DNA of 62,052 bases, counting the filler, from Dugesia japonica (lineage: Eukaryota): NCBI GenBank assembly GCA_001938525.1. It is 6 parts of 6 records of this genome, joined end to end, with 100 filler letters (N's around TTAATTAATTAA, not from the genome) between each part and the next. Parts side by side here need not be neighbours in the genome. Positions count along the whole stretch, not along the records: positions 20,032 to 29,098 come from MQRL01504952.1; positions 29,199 to 42,642 come from MQRL01588633.1; 4 more parts are not named here. One strand, written 5' to 3'. The notes under the pieces are model-generated. The model was not told the DNA's origin. It did no database searches and saw only the letters and a list, made by a program, of their open reading frames with translations. Position 1 is the first letter of the stretch. Every line of letters begins with the position of its first letter. The position numbers and the translations under genes were made by a program. Below are positions 20,850-34,745 of the stretch, piece by piece.

Positions 20850-23143
20850 TANAATCAATTTGCGAATGCAGAATTATCTCGAAATTCCAAGCGTTTTAAA
20901 TTGAAATTAAATAATATCGAATTAAATAAAGAAAACCCATGTGTATTTAATCTTTTCCAAAATTGGTATACTAACTATTCAAATATTTTCATATTACCTC
21001 CAAATATTACTAATAATCTAATCTAGCAAAATGATCCATGGCTCGTAGATAATATTTCACTTAAACATTCAAACAATATTGACTGTGTGTTGTCAGTAAT
21101 TCCCGATACTAATGCTTGGTGTTTTTAAAACTTTAAAAATCATTTTTATGTACTTGGCGATTTACCTCATGATACTCGTGGTTCAGGACTATTTAGCAAT
21201 ATCTTGATTTGCTCTTTTATTAAAAACTATGCAAGCGAACGTTCACTAATTAACATCAATCTCAAAGAAATTGGGGATATTATTAAAGAACTAGTTCCAA
21301 ATATAACGTATAGCTCTAATATCAATAGTAATAACGAACCTTCCAAGTCAAAAACCCTATTAAACTCTGAACATAAAGACAGAATTAATAATCTAATTAA
21401 TATTACTAAAAATCTTAATTCTGATGAAACANNNNNNNNNNNNNNNNNNNNNNNNNNNNNNNNNNNNNNNNTAAAAAATGCTAAACAACCGTATCTTGGT
21501 AATAAATCTTTAATTAAAACCCTTGATAAAAAGCAACTAAGAACTATATTCAACATAAATATGAAGCGTACAGTTGATTATATTCTTAATGGAAATACTA
21601 TCTGTGGCACACCGAAATATGACGACATCATTAATTATTTTACTCACCCTGATCCTACTTCAAATAATTGGGAAAATATTAGACCATTTTGTAAAACTTC
21701 GAACACTCCATTAAATCTTGAATTATTTTCTTCTGACGAAATCTTACATGAACTTAGACGTGCCACAAATACTAAACCAGGTATTGATGGTATTTATTAT
21801 AGAGATATTTCCAAATTAGATCATAAAGGTAAGCTTCTTACTCATTTGTTTAACAAAATTATCTTGACAAGTCAAATTCCATCACAGTGGAAATCGTTCA
21901 AAACTGTTCTTATCCGAAAACTTAATAAACAAGGTAATTATGATAAAATCTCATCTTGGAGATCGATTGCTTTGCTTTCTGTCATTTACAAATTATTCGC
22001 TTCAGTCTTGACACGTAGATTAACTGATTGGACAAAATATAATAATCTGCTACATATTTGTCAAAAAGGAGGTTCTTAATACAAAGGCTGCGTCAAACAC
22101 AACTCTATATTATCTTCTGCACTTGAACACTCAAGAAGTAAGACAAGTTATCCTGTAAATATTGCATGGCTAGTCATAAAAGATGCTTTTGGTAGTGTAT
22201 CACATGAATATATGTAGTTTATTCTTCCTGTTATTGGAGTGATTCATGATTTTGTTAATATTCTTAAAAACTGCTACTCCAATACAAATAGCTACTATAG
22301 TTGTGGTCCTATTCTCACAAGCAACATTACAATTAAAAAAAGTGTTAAACAAGGTTGTCCACTATCTATAATTCTCTTTTCCATTGCTATAAATCCTGTT
22401 CTTGACGCTACTAAAACATGTCAAATATCATCTTTTATGATAAATACTTCTTCTATTCAAATACTTGCGTATGCTGATGACATAGCTCTAATAGGAAAAA
22501 ATATTGATAATATTCAAAAATTAATAACTGATGCAAAAAAACTACAAAATGCAAAAAACTGGCAAATTGTGAACTGTTTGGTTGGCAAAAACTGAAAGCT
22601 TACAAGCTGATTTTCCATTCTCGTCTTACTTTTCCTTTTAGAATTCGTGAAATCAAAACGAGTGCATTACCTATTCGTTTCGGTAACAGNAAATGTAGTT
22701 ATAATTCTACTAGTAAACTTCGAATACAACTTCAAAAAATGATGAATCTACCTGATCATTCTGAAATTGCTTATTTTTACACAGCAACAGAAATGGGGGG
22801 AGCGGGGTGTATTGATTTTCTTGATGATTACCATTGTCAAAGTATTGTACAATTCGTTAGATTATTTACAACTGATTGTGACTATACTAAAACAATTAAT
22901 CTTGAGTCTCTTATAATTGCTGCTTCATCAAGATTAGGGATAAAGGTACCGACTATATATCAAAGCTTTGACTGGATTAATGGTAAAGTTAGTATCAAAA
23001 ATTGCAAAGTGACAAAAACACGGCAAATTGGTGTTCCAAAGAATTTAATAAATAAATGTTTAANAAAATGTGCAATCTCCAATATACAGAATTCTGCACG
23101 TATTTGGGAATTCCATATATCAGGAACATACCCGAATTTTTAA
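20850..23143 (+). pseudogene. Non-LTR retrotransposon RT of the R2/NeSL/Utopia (RLE) type, decayed
   Basis: PGIDGI.Y, WK...VLI.K, WRSIALL...YKLF, QKG...GC..HN, WL...DAFGSV, VKQGCPLS, AYADDIAL, Y....GGAG. Confidence 0.85.
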
Positions 23144-24165
23144 AATACTATCGTACATTTGTTTTTACATAATTTTAAAATTTGTCTTATTTTAATTTTA
23201 ATTTTCTAATTCACATTGAAAAAATAGAATAGAAAATAAAAAGTGTTCTTTTATTTCAAAATAAAAGAAATAAAGAATTTAATTTGTTTAAATTATTATT
23301 TTAATTCAAATGCATACAATGTGCGAAAAACATAATGTTGATTCTTGTCTGATTGATTATAATTATGAAGTTTATACAAATTTGATCAATCAGATTGGGA
23401 ATCTAATGAAGAAAATCAGTCCAGATATGATAAAATCTGGATTTCAAAAAAATATAGAAAGTAAGGATTTTAATTTTTTTAATTAGAAATTCAATTAAGG
23501 AAGTTTTAAATGAAACTAATGCTTGTGATGGACTGAGCAATATACTTCAATGATCATTCCAAAGCAGTTGTTTCAATGCCTGCAATTTCTGACGCAGATG
23601 TCGAAATCCACAAAGATATTCAGTCCAATATTGACGATATTTCAAAGCAAATCAAATCAGAAAAATCGACAATTCCAAGCAGAATTGAGCTCCCAAAATA
23701 AAACAAATAAACATAATAATATTTTTATTCGATATTTTTAAAAATAGCTCGATAAATATGAGGTTTCTTCACAACTGAATTTAGTTTAAATACAGGATAA
23801 TTTTGAAGTTGAAACTAACATTTTTGATCTTGTTGATTAATAATTAAATTTCTTATTTATTGGTGGAATTGCTTAATTTTTTTAAATCCAAATATTATGA
23901 CTAAATCTAATGAAAATTCCAAAAAGAACTTTTTTGTTCATATTATTTAATATTATGAGTCATACTATTTGGAGTTATCCGTTAATTATAATTATGAAAT
24001 TAGTTGTATTACCAAATGCATTTATTTAATTATTTATCTATGCTTTTTGTGAATAAAAATAGAAATGAATTTTTCTGATTTCGAAAAAAAAGATATTTGA
24101 AAAATTTACCTAATATTGTGGCAGCAGTAAATACTGATTCAATTACAGATAGATCATTACCAAAT

Positions 24166-24273
24166 ATTTCATTAAAATAAGATAAGGCTTCGATCAAAAC
24201 AAAACAAAATTTGTTTTGATCGAAGCCTTATCTTATTTTAATGAAATCTCAAATCCGATCAATGGTTAAGTCC
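24166..24273 (+). repeat. Hairpin-repeat family copy with a perfect 38-bp inverted repeat
   Basis: Arms 24166-24203 and 24210-24247 are exact reverse complements with a 6-nt loop. Confidence 0.92.
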
Positions 24274-24350
24274 NNNNNNNNNNNNNNNNNNNNNNNNNNN
24301 NNNNNNNNNNNNNNNNNNNNNNNNNNNNNNNNNNNNNNNNNNNNNNNNNN

Positions 24351-24810
24351 TGTTTTGAATTATCATTTTTTGAAGAAACGACAGGAAAGATTAGTTTCCA
24401 ATTTGTCAGATGACAATTTGTTGAAAGAATTCGCAAAGAAGTTGAAAATAGTTGAAGAAGAGTAAACGACCGAATATAGAAGAAATTGAAGAAATAGTGA
24501 CGTTAGTAGAATAAAGACGAGATCAAGTTGATGAGGTAGACGTTACGCCAGAGTTACAATTCTAAATGATCAGAAACCAAAAAATCATACAGTTAGCAGA
24601 TATATGGATTAAATGATGGAAAAACAAAATATTGAATGTTGACTTTCATAAAATTGGTCATATTAATGCAAGTTGTGCGACAAAAAAAGTGGTAGAGTGT
24701 TGGACTTGTCATAAAAAGTGAAAAGTAAGTCAAATTTGTCCAGTTAAAAATATCCAACAAAATGCTTTATTTGTGGAAAGGTGGGTCACATTAGAAGATT
24801 AGTTCATACT
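24351..24810 (+). pseudogene. Gypsy gag fragment with CCHC knuckles, related to the gag at 55200-56080
   Basis: ERLVS.L.DD.LL, IEEIEE..TLV...RD.VDEVR.YARVT and NIEC shared with the scaffold F gag. Confidence 0.75.
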
Positions 24811-24819
24811 ATTGGAGGT

Positions 24820-25896
24820 AGAAATACGGTCAATTTTAACTTTACATTTCTCAAAACACTTTAAATAATAATAAGTTTATTGTTTATTAAAGTTTATTTT
24901 ATTTTCAAAGTGAAATAGGATGCGATTGACCGAATCCTCCCTCCCTTTATCCCCCTTGGTAAATTTTCTTTAATTTTTTTCCTTTTTTTCGATTTCTTTT
25001 TTCTATTTTTTTCCTTTTTAAAAATTTTTTTTTCGATTTTTATTTAGGTCATCTGTTTTTTTCAAGGTCATCCATTTTTCCTTCAAGGTAATTGAATTTT
25101 TTTTTCAAGGTCATGAGTAGCACCATTGACTAGAGAATAAAAAATAACAAAGAAATGTGTAATGAACTTGTACCGTAAAATAATTCCTTACTAATTAAAA
25201 ACGCATTCAAAAAATTAATTATCTTGATTACGTTATCGATTACGTAATCAATTTCCAAAATAGTTACACCGTTTTTTTGTTCGTATTGTCTACAATTCTT
25301 ATCAGACAGTCTCATTTCTCATATCAGTAGACGCGCAATACGTGGCCGTTCAAGGTTCTGAATTTAAATTATTTGTCGGGCGGACCCTTCAAAAGTTATC
25401 AAATATTTAAATTTAAAACCACCACCATTTTGAAAGACGTTGACTCAAAATTTTTACAAATTTTCCAAAAATTAAAAACTACCCCTACATTACCTAAAGT
25501 ACTTGTATCGAAAAAAGCTTCAATTCGCCACAAAATGTATGTCAGCTTGACCGCACCCCCCGGGGATGGTGATTACCGATCGCGACGAAAATTTCAGCAT
25601 AAATATAGAAAAATAAAGAAATAGGAATGCCTCATAAACTCGTATCCTAAAATGTATTCTTCCCTGTTAAAATGATGTTTTTGAAATATAATTAATTCCT
25701 AGTGTATACTGTTCCATTGCTACACGTTGTCAACAATGCCTGGACTAGAACGGAGGCCATTTTGAGAATATGCGTTGAAAAAGCAATTAAACATTATCCG
25801 TAGCTTGTAATCCATTTAGAAAATAAAATAAGTTTTAATAAACAACAAAGTTATTATTATTTAAAGTGTATATGCATAGTTTTCAGACACCCTGTA
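24820..25896. mobile_element. Tc1/mariner (DD37D/maT-like) non-autonomous remnant
   Basis: About 51-bp inverted repeats 24856-24906 and 25819-25869; CACCCTG-TA end; RCQQCL..NGGHFEN transposase tail near 25725-25775. Confidence 0.6.
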
Positions 25897-26880
25897 TATT
25901 ATGCATTTCATTTAATGCAGAAGACAATTTTTATAATTAACTAGCTAATTTAAGTACATGCTAAACAAATTTTCTTATTTTTAAAGTGTGTATATATATT
26001 GTTAATTATAAAAAAATTAACAAAACTATTAGCAATAAAATATTTATTTTCAATTAAGATTTTCAATAATCAGATTTCGTGTTAAATATTGACTATATTT
26101 TTATTTTTAAAATATGCGCTAAATAATTAAAATTAACTGATTATATTATATTATTCAAATATTTTAAGAAATCAGCAAGATTTATGAAAAATTTGGAAAT
26201 GCAATTAATAATATCTACATCGCCATGAGCTTAAATCCAGACAATGGTAAAAGTTTTATTATATTATATAATTTTGAGTTTAATTGTTACTGTAATAAAC
26301 AATGGTTTGTTAAAGCAAATTAAATTTAATTAATTATAATAATTCAATTCTAGGAAATTACTAATAACTCAAATAATCTGCTTGTAAAGTATTTTAGAAT
26401 ATATTAAGGACTAATGACCTTTTGTATTCTGATTGACTAATAAATCAGGTGTGCCGAATATTTTCTAAAAGCCAAATACGAATTTCTGTATTCATTATAA
26501 TCAAAAATATCAGATATTTTTTTGCTTATTTTAATAATTTTATTTTATCGAAATTAAATAATGTAATATCTTAAATACTTTATTTTTGGAATTATATAAA
26601 TTGTTTTATTGCATTGTTATTCTTTCTTAATTTTATTGTTCTATTTCTGAAATTAGACAATTTATTTATTTTCTTGAATTTTCTTAATACTACCATGATC
26701 AAAAAATACCCGATCAACCCAATTTAAAATCCACACACAAATGCTATAGATGTAATTCTTATTTTTAATAGTTGCTACGTATTTGTTTTACTACATCACC
26801 AAATTTCAGCTAAACAGATCGTAATTTGAAAAAGCTATACTAATTTATGTAAATTAATTTTAATATTATCTATGTGTAGT

Positions 26881-27320
26881 ATGGATGATATAATTGAACA
26901 ATGAATTTATATAAATTCGGCGTCAAAAACGAAATTAAACGTCCCGATACCTTGGAAATGCTACAGAAGTGCTATAGCAACAATNNNNNNNNAAAATCAA
27001 CAACTAATGAATGGTATGCGCGATTTTTAGATGGTTGTAAGACTGTCACAGATGATCCTAGATCTGGAAGATCATCAATCTCGAAGAACGACGAAAATAT
27101 CAAAGAAATAAAGTCATTTTTAATGGAAAATAGGAAATTGACTATCAGAGAAATTGTTGAAGATACATGAATATTATTTAGAACAGTTCAAACTATTTTG
27201 CATGAGGATTTGAAATTGAAACGAGTTGCTGCAAGGCTTGTTCCATGTGAATTAAACATTTTTCAAAAATTTAGTCGTTTTGAAATTTCAAAGGACATGC
27301 TCTGTAACGTTGATTCTGAT
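26881..27320 (+). pseudogene. mariner transposase, N-terminal HTH region
   Basis: EWYARF.DG...DDPRSGR, NRKLTIREI, ILHEDL.L..VAARLVP. Confidence 0.88.
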
Positions 27321-29098
27321 GAAATTGGTTTTGATTTATACTTTAAATTCTTAGTCATGGAAATTTTTGCTGGTTAATTTATTATAATCATGCATTTTTC
27401 GGTCTCTTTTCTTCGAAGGATATCTGTTACATTTTCTTTGAAGATTTCACCACATTCTTCCAATTCTTGGTTTCCTATTATAGTTTAATGTTATTTTGAT
27501 GCGGTTCGTTTTACTTTTTCATGTCGCTACTCAATTTTATTTCTCGTTTTCTAAAACATTCTACTTATTCCTGATAACTTTATCTGTTAGTTTAATCGAT
27601 ATCCTCGTTGTATATTTTGGTTTCATATATTTTCTTATTTTAATTAGCTAAAAAAAAAATTAAAGTCAATTTTCAAGTTAATAAATTTTGTAAATTGTTT
27701 ATAAAATTTTTATCATAAGTTATTATGTTATAATTTAGATGAAAATGATAAAANNTTCGTGCATAGAATAGATAATATTTCAATTGTTTTCGGCAAAATT
27801 GGAACTTTATTTAAAGATCAAGTTAGTTAAATTGAAAATAATACAAATATCTAATTTTTATTGATTAAAAATAAATTTACAAAGTTTTTCATATATGTAG
27901 CAAACTAGACGCTTCTGTTTTTAAAACAATCCAGTCTATTTTTTAATAGTAAAATTACTAACCTTTGAGTACTGAAACATAAAAAATAGGATCGAGGACC
28001 GGGGTGGGCTACAAAATTACCCAAGTGAAATTTTCGTATGTAAAATGAATTATTTTTATTTAATTTACTTTTATTTTGTAATTAATATAATAAATAAAAT
28101 ATTCTTATTTCACAAATTATTTCACCTTTTTTATACATAATTTTCAATGAAATATCACTAAATAATATCAATTGGAACAAGAAAAATAAATGCCTGATTT
28201 AATTATATTACTTTCAGTTTAAGTGGTAATTTGTTCATAAAACAGTATAATTATTAATTCTTTTTCCAAGTTGACTTCGAGGTTCGATTTATCATCTGGT
28301 TTAAATAGTCAATATCTTTCATATTTTCCAGTGTTTTTTTAATGTATTACATTTATTGTGATATCTTTGTGATGGTAATAAATAATATCAGCCGAATATT
28401 ATTGATATAATTAACGAATNNNNNNNNNNNNNNNNNNNNNNNNNNNNNNNNNNNNNNNNNNNNNNNNNNNNNNNNNNNNNNNNNNNNNNNNNNNNNNNNN
28501 NNNNNNNNNNNNNNNNNNNNNNNNNNNNNNNNNNNNNNNNNNNNTATCAAAATATTTTTTTTCTTTTTAGATATTTACTTTATTTTTCTAGTTCTTGATA
28601 GTATTTAGAATTCTCTTCGTCAGTAATTGACTTTTTCGGATATTAAGTCAATTCCCGTCTAAAACATAGTCAAAATTCGAAATACTATAAAGACATAAAA
28701 ATCAAAAAAAAGGAACTCTTAAATTAAAAAATTCGAGTTACTGAAAATATTGAGATTTCGAATTAGATAAGATATCTACAAAGAATGAAACAACAAAAAA
28801 TATTGTATNTACACGAACATTGTAAAATTAAATATATTAGAAACGTATTCATTATCTTTTCTTTTATTTCATTCATCCAAAATGAGCCGCATTGATCTGT
28901 AAAATAACAGAATAAACAATTTTAGTTAAAATAAAACGGTTTTCAAAGAAAAAGATAAAAAATTATTGTTCTTTTTTTCAATATTTCGACTAAGCCTTTC
29001 TCGGGAACAATAGCTCAGTAAATTGTGATTAAAACCTTTGAAATAACAAATCAAATTAAATTAATTTTATTAAATTTCAAAAAGTTAAAGAATAATGG

Positions 29099-29198
29099 NN
29101 NNNNNNNNNNNNNNNNNNNNNNNNNNNNNNNNNNNNNNNNNNTTAATTAATTAANNNNNNNNNNNNNNNNNNNNNNNNNNNNNNNNNNNNNNNNNNNN
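29099..29198. other. Artificial scaffold linker
   Basis: 44 N + TTAATTAATTAA + 44 N. Confidence 0.97.
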
Positions 29199-30173
29199 AT
29201 ATTTATCAGTAAAGGAAATAAAAGATGCCAGACCAGAGGTCGATAAACTGGATGTAAAAATAGCTACATATTCCAATAATAAAATTGATTTTATCTATCA
29301 TGAAATTCTAAGACAAGTAGATAGAATATATCAAGAAAGAATGATGAAAAATTGCAAAATTAAGCGGGAGTTGTTAAGAGCAAAAATGGCAATGGTAGTC
29401 ACAAATCCGGATTTAGTAGCTCCACTTTTGTTCGAAGAAAGAGGAACATTTGGAAGAATAGTGGGAGAAACTTTAGTGAGTTTTAAATGTAAACCAGTAG
29501 CTGTTACNNNNNNNNNNNNNNNNNNNNNNNNNNNNNNNNNNNNNNNNNNNNNNNNNNNNNNNNNNNNNNNNNNNNNNNNNNNNNNNAGAATTTTAACAGA
29601 TAAACATTATCAACCAAAAGTAATTGAAAAATGTAGTAATATCCTTGATCCTATGTACAAGCTAAATTAGGAAGTATGGATAACAGTGTCAGACAGGAAG
29701 ACAGCACCAACCCCACTAATGATGGAAATGATAGAGGTCGGTAGAACAACAGAATTGGAAAGGATAGATAATATGGCATTTATACAATTAATGATATTGA
29801 GAAGGATCGGAAACATGTTTTTCCAATACAAAGAGAGAAAATAATATCAATTATGGTCGATAAAGTAGCAAGAGGAAGTAATGGAGACGACGTAAATTTT
29901 GAATCATTATTACATGCAGATCATTTTAAAAGGGCAATGCGCAATTTCGTAGATAGATTTTTGGGGGGAATGCAATGGTTTGGTAATATATTCTCATGTA
30001 TTTTGTTCGGGTGGTATGTCTTGACATTTTTAAAATTAGCAGGTCATCAAATACTTTCTCTGAGACAACTACATGCAGTTTTCGGTTACATATGGAAATT
30101 GGGAGCATGTTTCTGCCCATTTATTGCAAAACACATGATTGTGCAAAATCACAGTGAAAAAATAAAGAATTAA
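29199..30173 (+). pseudogene. Class III-type (chuvirus G / gB-like) envelope glycoprotein, C-terminal half
   Basis: NNKIDFIY...RIY....NC..KR.L....P......G......GE.L....C.PV.V...RIL......C....P.Y....W pattern followed by a TM (FGNIFSCILFGWYVLTFL). Confidence 0.75.
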
Positions 30174-30203
30174 GAAAAGCATCGAGGCGTATATACAATA
30201 AAT

Positions 30204-33200
30204 ATGGAGGATGAGCAAAAGTTAAAAAAATTAACTAATGATAAATCATCAGAGACAGAATATAAACTATTTAAACAAGAAAATATTGTATTAGAACAAA
30301 TAAAGATAGATGATTTAACACAATATAAATATCAAAAGAATTACTCAATGTCAGTCATAGATTCAGATAATAATATACACACAACCGATATTATAATAAA
30401 TGGAATTAGTATACCTTCGTTAATAGATACAGGAACAGTATACTCCATAATAAAGGAATCGTGGTTAAATAAAGCACAAAGACAAAAAATAAAAAATTAT
30501 AAACCAGAAGGTATAAAATCATTCACGGGGCATATAATAAAAACAAAAGGCATAATTGAATGTACTGTCTTAATTGAACAAGAAATTGTGACCCATCCAT
30601 TTAGAGTGATGGAAAATGGAACACAGAATTGTATTTTAGGTATGGACTTTCTGGCAAGATTAAAATGGTACGTCATTGATTTGCAAGATAGCACACTGAA
30701 AATGGTGACACCAATACCAGTGCAAGGGGAAAGTAATGTGATATGTGCAGCAGAGTTGATAACAGTAGAACGTTGTAGTGAATGTATAATGCCCATAAAT
30801 ACAGAAATACAAAATAACAAGTCATAAATTTTTTTACCAAATCAGAAATTGATAGAAAAACATAATTTATCAATACTGTCTGGATGTGTAAAGCCAAGAA
30901 AAGGAATAATACCGATGAGAATAGCGAATTACAATAATTACGATGTGACAATTCAAAAAAACACAAAGTTAGGGAAGTTATTTAAAAATGGGAAAAAATA
31001 TGAAATATATGAAATTGTAATTGAAGAACAACAGAAGAGAGTGAACTTACAAGGGCAGAGTAAAAAATCAGTAAAAGAAGAGTGTAATGAATTTCTCGAA
31101 TTTATAATGGAAAAACAAGAGAAAATGAATAAAACAAGTAATAAAGAATTAATAAAACAAAAACAAACAAAATATTATGAGAAAGCAAAAATAACAAATA
31201 AAGATCTCACAATAAATCAGCGACAACAACTACAGAAACTATTGGACAAATATGAAGATGCATTCGCTAAACATGAGTTTGATATGGGAGGAACAAACAT
31301 TATAAAACATATAATCGATACAGGTAATGCAAGACCAATAAAACAGCGACCATATGTAGCACCATATGCGTTAAGACCAGAAATCAAAAGACAAGTTGCG
31401 GAACAAAAAGCGAATGGAATCATACGAGATAGTTTCTCTCAATGGGCATCGCCAATAGTACCAGTTAAAAAGAAAGACGGAGAAATTAGAATGTGCATTG
31501 ATTATAGAAAACTTAATGAAGTCACAAAAAAAGATACACACCCCTTTCCAAAGATACACGAGCAATTCAATAAATTAATGAATGCAAAATACTTTGCAAG
31601 TTTGGATACTAACAAAGGATACAATGTAATCCCAGTACAAGAAGAAGATCGAGAGAAAACAGCATTTTGTACTGATGATGGATTATAGGAATTTGTCAGA
31701 TTACCGTTTGGGTTATGTAACGCACCAGCTACATTTCAAAGGTTAATGAACACAGTGTTAACAGGTGTCGAACATGTAGTAGTGTATATGGATGATATTC
31801 TCATAGCATCGGAAACATTTGAACAACATTTGATTAACATAGAAAATGTATTGTCAAGAATTAGAAAAGCGAATATTAAGTTAAAACCCACAAAATGGAA
31901 GTGGGCAGAGGAAAGTGTGTGACTTCACTAGTCACAAGATTTTCCAGTGCCAAAGAGTGTACAACAATTACAAGGATTTAATGGACTAGTGGGATATTAT
32001 CGTAGATTCATACAAGATTTTGCAAAGATATCAGCACCATTGGTAGAGCTAACCAAAGGCATGAAAACGAAAGGTGAAAGTAAAAGTGTAATGATTGAGG
32101 AAGAATTAGATGAAAAATCAAAGAAGCCTCAGAAAAAATGGGGCCCAAAACAACAAGAGGCTTTCGAGACATTAAAACTACGATTGCTAACATCTCCAAT
32201 ATTAAAATATCCTGATTTCACAAAACAATTCATTGTGATGACGATAGCAAGTGGGTATGCTATGGGAGCAATGCTCGGTCAAGAAGAGGAGAAAAATAAA
32301 GATTATGTAATTGCATATGCTAGCAGAATGTTGAAAGGAGCAGAGACAAGGTATTCAACAATCGAAAAAGAATGTTTAGCCATCATATTTGCGTTAAAAC
32401 AATTTAGACCGTTTATATATGGAACAGAAATAATCATCCGAACAGATCATAAACCTTTAGAGGGTCTATGAAAGAATAAAGATGCACCCAGTAGAATACT
32501 GAAGTGGGCAATGAAAATTCAAGATATGAGCATACGTATTATATATAAGCCAGGTAGAGCAAACAAAAACGCCGATGCATTATCAAGAATCCCAGAAGTG
32601 AATATAGTGGAAATGATGTCAATTGTGATGACAGGAACCAACCCAAAAACGTTCTTAGAGGAACAAAAAAAATATAAACAAATACAAGGGATTAAAAAAA
32701 TGATGCTTCAAGAAAAGAATACTAAATATAATATGTATAAGAATTTACTTATGTACAATAATTTAGGGGAAAATCTGATGGTTATACCAGACTCTCTAAA
32801 ACAATTATTATTGTTACAATATCATGATGGAGCACTCGGAGGACACCTATCTAGCAAAAAAACCACGTCAAAGTTGCTACAAAAATATTATTGGGATAAT
32901 ATTAAAGAGGATGTAAAGAAATGGTGTCAAGCATGTAGTACCTGTGCCACAAGAAAGAATACAGGAACAAAAACCAAAGTTCCTCTACAACCAATGCCAA
33001 TACCCAGTTCACCAATGGAAACATGCGCAATGGATTTTTTGTGCAAATTACCAACGACTATAAAAGGCAATAAACATATATTAGTATTTATTCACTATTT
33101 CACAAAGTGGGCAGATGCATTTCCTACAAAAGATGAAACAGCAGATACAGTAGCAAAGTTATTAGTTGAAAAAATAATATACAAATATGGAGCGCCAAGA

Positions 33201-33890
33201 AAGTTACTATCCGATAGGGGAAAGAGTTTCCTCAATGAAGTCATACAAAGAGTGACAAATATGTTTGATATTAAAAAAATAAATACGACGGCATATCACC
33301 CATAAACTGATGGGTTAGTTGAAATATTCAACAGTACACTATGTAATAGATTGGCAGTTTTCGTAAATAAACATCAAAATGATTGGGATTTGTTTATTAA
33401 GCCAACACTATTTATACATAATACAACTGAAAACGAGGCCACGGGATATTCACCATTTTATCTTATGTATCTCAGACAAAATCATATGCCAATAGATATA
33501 ACATTTNNNNNNNNNNNNNNNNNNNNNNNNNNNNNNNNNNNNNNNNNNNNNNNNNNNNNNNNNNNNNNNNNNNNNNNNNNNNNNNNNNNNNNNNNNNNNN
33601 NNNNNNNNNNNNNNNNNNNNNNNNNNNNNNNGATTATTATTAAAAGATCATAATTTTAAAGTAGGAGATAAGGTGAGGATAAAAACACCAATCACACAGA
33701 AAGGATTAACCAATAAATTAGCAAGACCTTATAAGGTCCATATGAAGTAGTAAAAACAACTCCTACAAATTTACACATAATAAAGAACAAAAGGGACGAT
33801 CCCATGATTGTGGCAGTTAACCGATGCAAAATAGCAGAAGCAGAAATTGAACCTAAAAAACAACACAAATATAACCTTCGATCAGGATCA
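30204..33890 (+). pseudogene. Gypsy pol: aspartic protease, dUTPase-fold-like spacer, RT, RNase H, integrase with GPY/F domain
   Basis: LIDTG, ILGMDFL, WASP, RMCIDYRKLN, YMDD (31785), YASR, TDHKPL, N..ADALSR, H..GH...C..C, SDRG, TTAYHP.TDGLVE, GPYEV; all ORF pieces share one frame. Confidence 0.97.
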
Positions 33891-34745
33891 CAAAGTGCAT
33901 TACCACTCTTTACACTAACTCTGTTGACATTATTAACAGTGGGAGCAGCTCAACTTGAAAAGGAAGAGAGTTTTGGCTATATAAAAGAGATAATCTATTC
34001 AGATAGAATCATACTCAGGGCACCTGACAACATAGCGATCGTTGCAGTGATAAAAGATAAACCAGTCACATATGATATATCAAGCAAATACATCAAGAGA
34101 AAAGAACGTATTCTTCTACCATGGAAAGTGTATAAAGGGATATGCCAGATAGAGATAGAAGGATTAGAGGCCAATAAAAAATATAGAATTTGGATAAGTT
34201 ATCAGATAAAAGGAATCAAATCAGTAAAACAATATGTAGTCACTACGTTACAAGAATAACGAATTATATCACAAAAATAGTTATTGAATATTACCGCAAT
34301 ATTACAAAGAAAGTTGAGTACAACCAGACCACCAAAGAAGACGGAATTTATAACTAGCCCTACGAGACAAAAGAAGTTAGGTACAATAAAACAAAACATA
34401 GAAACAATTAATCATTACAATACACTAATATATCATAATGTTGCAGTGAAAACGAACAAAAATCCTAAGAGAAACAGACAGACTTGGATTAATAGCATAA
34501 GTCCAGATCATCAACAATTGCGACATAAAATTCTACAAATGTGGATTACAACCACAAGAAAACCATTTGACATGAAAATATTATATCACCCTTTTTCAAT
34601 ATTGGGAACAATNGCATTACTCTTCCTCCTCGCTTTCATAATTACATTAATCCAAATACATAAGCGATATAGGTGGAAGAGGCAGCGTTATCGGCGTCGT
34701 AATGCCCCACAAATTCCAAATTATGTCCAATGGACATTGGTCTGA
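33891..34745 (+). pseudogene. Type I membrane protein fused in frame after integrase (signal peptide, FN3-like domain, Thr-rich stalk, TM, basic tail)
   Basis: ALPLFTLTLLTLLTVGAA; IEGLEANKKYRIWI; STTRPP...TSPT; ILGT.ALLFLLAFIITLIQI; KRYRWKR...WTLV; two internal stops. Confidence 0.65.
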
